This document shows, piece by piece, positions 60,829 to 64,000 of a stretch of 64,000 nucleotides of DNA. The translations under genes and the position numbers were made by a program. Source of the DNA: Candidatus Atabeyarchaeum deiterrae (GTDB lineage: Archaea > Asgardarchaeota > Atabeyarchaeia > Atabeyarchaeales > Atabeyarchaeaceae). Every line of letters starts with the position of its first letter. The first letter of the stretch is position 1. Under the pieces are notes generated by a model. The model had not been told where the DNA came from. It made no database searches and saw only the letters and a list, made by a program, of their open reading frames with translations. The stretch spans positions 576,001-640,000 of the forward strand of contig CP147780.1 of the NCBI GenBank assembly GCA_037310415.1, given 5' to 3'.

Positions 60829-61431
60829 TCAGTTTTTCTGGGATTGTTGGAAACCCTTAACAATGAACACCTCTTCATCGCACCCAGCAGACTTGGCCTC
60901 GAAGTTGATTAAATTCGAGATGATTCTGACTAGATCCTCTGGTGTCGTTCTTCCTAATCCAGCCATTCGAGATACCTTCATCGAGGAAGAGATTAATGAA
61001 ATCCGTAGAAGATAGTGATCCGAGAGCAAACTTGCCGTTCTGCCCGCCTTCAAGTACCGATAGTTAATGTAGACTATGAAATCCAAAGATGAGAGGGTTT
61101 GAGACAACTCTGAAATGCGTTTCACTTCATGTTCATCTACGTAGTTGAAGTATATGCCCTCAGCTATTCCTGCTTCGAAGAACCTCTCTACCGAGAGAGT
61201 TCCCGAATGTCCTGCTGCCGATGTATTAAGACGATCCTTGAGAGTGTTCAGTTTCGCAAAACTATTGGCGATCAGGGTTACGACTTTGTCGTTAGACACT
61301 AGAAGCGAAAATCCAAGGTCAAGAAGAGAGAAACGAGGAAACCCATCATAAGACCCAAGTTTGCTCATCTGATTTCTCAACCCTATGTCAATGGGGGTTT
61401 TCCAAGTTTCGTAGGACTTTGATAGCCTCAA
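60829..61431 (-). CDS. Hypothetical protein (start probably at MSKLG)
   Basis: ORF within a minus-strand gene run. Confidence 0.55.
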   Translation of the reverse strand: MRLSKSYETWKTPIDIGLRNQMSKLGSYDGFPRFSLLDLGFSLLVSNDKVVTLIANSFAKLNTLKDRLNTSAAGHSGTLSVERFFEAGIAEGIYFNYVDEHEVKRISELSQTLSSLDFIVYINYRYLKAGRTASLLSDHYLLRISLISSSMKVSRMAGLGRTTPEDLVRIISNLINFEAKSAGCDEEVFIVKGFQQSQKN

Positions 61432-61744
61432 GGAGTGCTAACACCAACTTCGTCAACTGATATAGTTTCGAAGGGTCCTCGGTTTTTCTGATCTCAACTT
61501 CAACGGCCTTTAGCTTTTTCAGGATTGTTCCTGATAAAACAGGAATCGTTGCCTCGATGCTGCCAACATCTGAACGGTTACCAGGGGTGGTAATGGAGGA
61601 TGGTTCTTTAGACACACCACACTTCACACAGAATGTGTTGCCTTCAAATCTAAACATAGGTGAATTGCATACAGGACATGTCTCCTGTAACATAGTAGCC
61701 CCAGACCTCAGCAACTCAGCCATTTTCTTTATTACTTCGACCAT
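61388..61744 (-). CDS. UPF0148 / SSSCA1-family zinc-finger protein
   Basis: MAELLRSGATML...CPVC..P.F...FCVKC. Confidence 0.85.
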   Translation of the reverse strand: MVEVIKKMAELLRSGATMLQETCPVCNSPMFRFEGNTFCVKCGVSKEPSSITTPGNRSDVGSIEATIPVLSGTILKKLKAVEVEIRKTEDPSKLYQLTKLVLALLEAIKVLRNLENPH

Positions 61745-61876
61745 TAATCAAGGACACCTTCACAGAAAACACTTTTATCGCCAATAGTACTCTGGAACAG
61801 AGTGAACTTAGCATACCTTATTATATATTTCATTGCTAAGATTTAGAGGACGCACTCTAACCGAGGGAGAAGTAAC

Positions 61877-62155
61877 ATGAGTAAGAGAGCAGCTCAGAAG
61901 TACCAGCAAACAGTTGATGAGGTCGTCCAGATACTAAACGGCATAATAAGACCCGAGGCACAAATACCGAGGAATATCAAAAGAGCAGCCAGCACTGCTA
62001 TTGGACAGCTTCAGACAGGAAAGGGAAGCTATGCGTTGAAGGCTTCAAATGCAATATCAGTTCTGGAAGAGGTCTCACAGGATCCAAACTGCCCTCCGTA
62101 CGCAAGGACGATGATCCTACAGGTTCTCGCTAAGCTTGAAACGATACGGGACTGA
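61877..62155 (+). CDS. UPF0147 family protein
   Basis: PRNIKRAA, AIS.LEEVSQDPN.P.YART. Confidence 0.88.
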   Translation: MSKRAAQKYQQTVDEVVQILNGIIRPEAQIPRNIKRAASTAIGQLQTGKGSYALKASNAISVLEEVSQDPNCPPYARTMILQVLAKLETIRD

Positions 62156-62169
62156 AGTAATTAACGAAC

Positions 62170-62309
62170 GCGGGGGTGTCCGAGCTTGGTCAAAGGAGGT
62201 AGACACTATAAAGTGACCTATGCTCAGGACCTACCGGCGTAGAAGGCTGTCATTTTCGTGGCATAGCCTGCGTGAGCCTGCGAGGGTTCGAAGCCCTCCC
62301 CCCGCACCA
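62170..62309 (+). tRNA. tRNA-Leu(CAG) with two non-canonical introns (62203-62221 at 30/31; 62243-62275 in the variable arm)
   Basis: Removing both introns gives an 88-nt Leu cloverleaf with CCA; BHB motifs at the junctions. Confidence 0.88.
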
Positions 62310-62438
62310 TTTATAATAAGAACTCATTTTACCATGCCCTGCAACACTGGGACGGGTGAACTAGATATGAATGTTCACTAGGAGAGCTCGCAGTGAATCC
62401 TATTTTATCATGTAGCAGAAACGGACAGTAAAAAAGAA

Positions 62439-62635
62439 TGGCGCCGTGGACCGGACTCTCCTAGCCGACATCATCAAGTCATGAATCAGCTAATTTGAAC
62501 CGGTGCTCCCCGAAAGGGGAACGGGATCTCGAGTCGAGGCGCGTCACACAGACGCACAGTCCCGCGCCTTAACCGGACGTCGTCGGTTAACAACCTCGCT
62601 ACGGAGCGAGAGTATTAGCCTTTGGCTACCACGGC
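62439..62635 (-). tRNA. tRNA-Ser(CGA) with three non-canonical introns (D-loop ~43 nt, 32/33 26 nt, 59/60 38 nt)
   Basis: GCCGTGG/CCACGGC acceptor stem, CGGGA-CTCGAGA-TCCCG anticodon arm after splicing, long variable arm, encoded CCA. Confidence 0.85.
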
Positions 62636-62779
62636 ACCAACAGTACGTTCTGACCCATTAAGAGAAACTATTAGCCAACGCTCTTTTAAAATACTTTCTG
62701 AAAGGAATTGCTTTTTAATAGATTTGAGCAATTGTTATGGGCTATAATCTCGCTCCATATAGAACTGCAGGAACCTTTT

Positions 62780-64000
62780 ATGGGGAACCAATTGAGTTTG
62801 AATCAGCGACGGCAAGACGCTGTACGAGTTTTGTTGAAGGCAGGTGTTCAGTTGAGCCCTGATGCTCTTAATTATCTGGATCTGCAACCGGATCCCGTTC
62901 ATCTTGCCTCTAAAACGCTGGCAGAGCTAGATAGAAGAAAAACCAAGCCGCTAATCATTACTAGAAACATGCTTGAAGAGATTGTGCCCATTCCCTCGCC
63001 AAAATACCCGAAGATTATTGATTTCAATGACCCGATCAGTCCAGTCAACGACAAGAGCATTGATGTAACCCCATTCGTGGAAGTAATGTCCTCGCTCTAT
63101 GAAGAATCATCGGCCCAAGGGAAGCTGGAAAACTTCCTAGCTTATTTTCGAAACCGTTACGAGAAAATGGTGAAACTGTTCAAAGCTAGGAAAGATGCCC
63201 TCGATGCAATTAGCATCAATGAAGTGGCGAAAGTGGGCGAAGGTAAAGAAGCAAGAGTCATCGGGCTTGTAACGTCCAAAAGAGAGACAGATAGAGGAGT
63301 AACGATTCTGGAACTCGAAGATCCAACTGGAGTTATCTCTGTGCTGATATCGACTATCAATGATAAGTTATACAACAAGGCTTCTAGAGTACTACTTGAT
63401 CAAGTCGTCTGTGTTGAGGGAGCTGCAAGGGATCAGAAAACGATATCGGCGAAAGACTTGAACTGGGCAGACGTTCCTTACGATCGAAGACCGAATAAGG
63501 CAAAGGAACCGGTTTACGCAGTGCTCATGTCAGACATACACTATGGTAGTACAAAATTCCTCAGAGACAGATTTGAGGAATTCATGGATTGGTTAAAGGG
63601 AGAAGGACCAACAGATCAAGCTTCAAGAATAGCGAGAAACATAAGATATTTGATCATAGCAGGTGACTTGGTCGACGGAATCGGCGTATATCCCAAACAA
63701 GAAGAAGAACTTGAAGTAAAGGATATATACGAGCAATATAGGCAACTTGCCGAATACATCAAGAGGATTCCGCAGAGTATTGAAATTATAGCGATCCCAG
63801 GAAACCATGATGCAACGCGCCTAGCGCTTCCACAACCACCAGTTCCAGACAGTTATATGAAGGCGATAACAGGATCCTGCACTAACTTTCGTATGCTGGG
63901 AAACCCTGCTTTTGTCAAGATCCACGGAGTAGAGATTCTCGTCTACCATGGGAGGATCATCGACAACATTCTCTCCACTCTTCCTGAGATCAGCAGCAGA
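62780..64000 (+). CDS. DNA polymerase D small (proofreading) subunit DP1, truncated by the window end
   Basis: OB fold (LEDPTG), SDIHYG, IAGDLVDGIGVYP, PGNHD, YHG. Confidence 0.95.
   Translation, partial: MGNQLSLNQRRQDAVRVLLKAGVQLSPDALNYLDLQPDPVHLASKTLAELDRRKTKPLIITRNMLEEIVPIPSPKYPKIIDFNDPISPVNDKSIDVTPFVEVMSSLYEESSAQGKLENFLAYFRNRYEKMVKLFKARKDALDAISINEVAKVGEGKEARVIGLVTSKRETDRGVTILELEDPTGVISVLISTINDKLYNKASRVLLDQVVCVEGAARDQKTISAKDLNWADVPYDRRPNKAKEPVYAVLMSDIHYGSTKFLRDRFEEFMDWLKGEGPTDQASRIARNIRYLIIAGDLVDGIGVYPKQEEELEVKDIYEQYRQLAEYIKRIPQSIEIIAIPGNHDATRLALPQPPVPDSYMKAITGSCTNFRMLGNPAFVKIHGVEILVYHGRIIDNILSTLPEISSR

Noticed and set aside
62310-62400. Hairpin GTGAAC...GTTCAC between the tRNAs as a small RNA
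   Set aside because: Short stem with no convincing C/D or H/ACA boxes; insufficient support.
1-64000. CRISPR array, rRNA, integrase, transposase or reverse transcriptase (DGR)
   Set aside because: No regularly spaced repeats and no recognisable catalytic motifs in any ORF; the atpB relics are kilobases apart and derive from coding sequence.

Overview
Archaeal chromosomal window. PolD small subunit, RadA/RadB, CarS, CofE, A/V-type ATPase A and B, and OST3/6-like and PAC4-like genes point to an Asgard- or Bathyarchaeia-type lineage; the taxon is inferred, not verified. Housekeeping genes lie at about 0.6-3.1 kb and 43.6-64 kb, including three intron-containing tRNAs with 1, 2 and 3 introns. 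Between them is a ~33-kb accessory region (about 3.2-36.2 kb) downstream of atpB. The main observation is five same-orientation, diverged relics of the atpB 3' end (10.6, 14.5, 17.3, 18.2 and 32.3 kb). They divide the island into cassette-like blocks carrying an AbiE toxin-antitoxin pair, a membrane HerA/VirB4 ATPase with a free-standing LAGLIDADG protein, a ParB-nuclease-SNF2-ParB-radical SAM operon, and a YwgA-like/HD dNTPase pair. No integrase or transposase is visible. atpB itself shows an abrupt internal flip in strand composition and is separated from atpA by a second membrane HerA ATPase and a C13 peptidase. Together these suggest an atpB-anchored gene-capture hotspot. Several conserved genes appear to start at non-canonical ATA, ATT or CTG codons. 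All family assignments come from motif recognition, not database searches.
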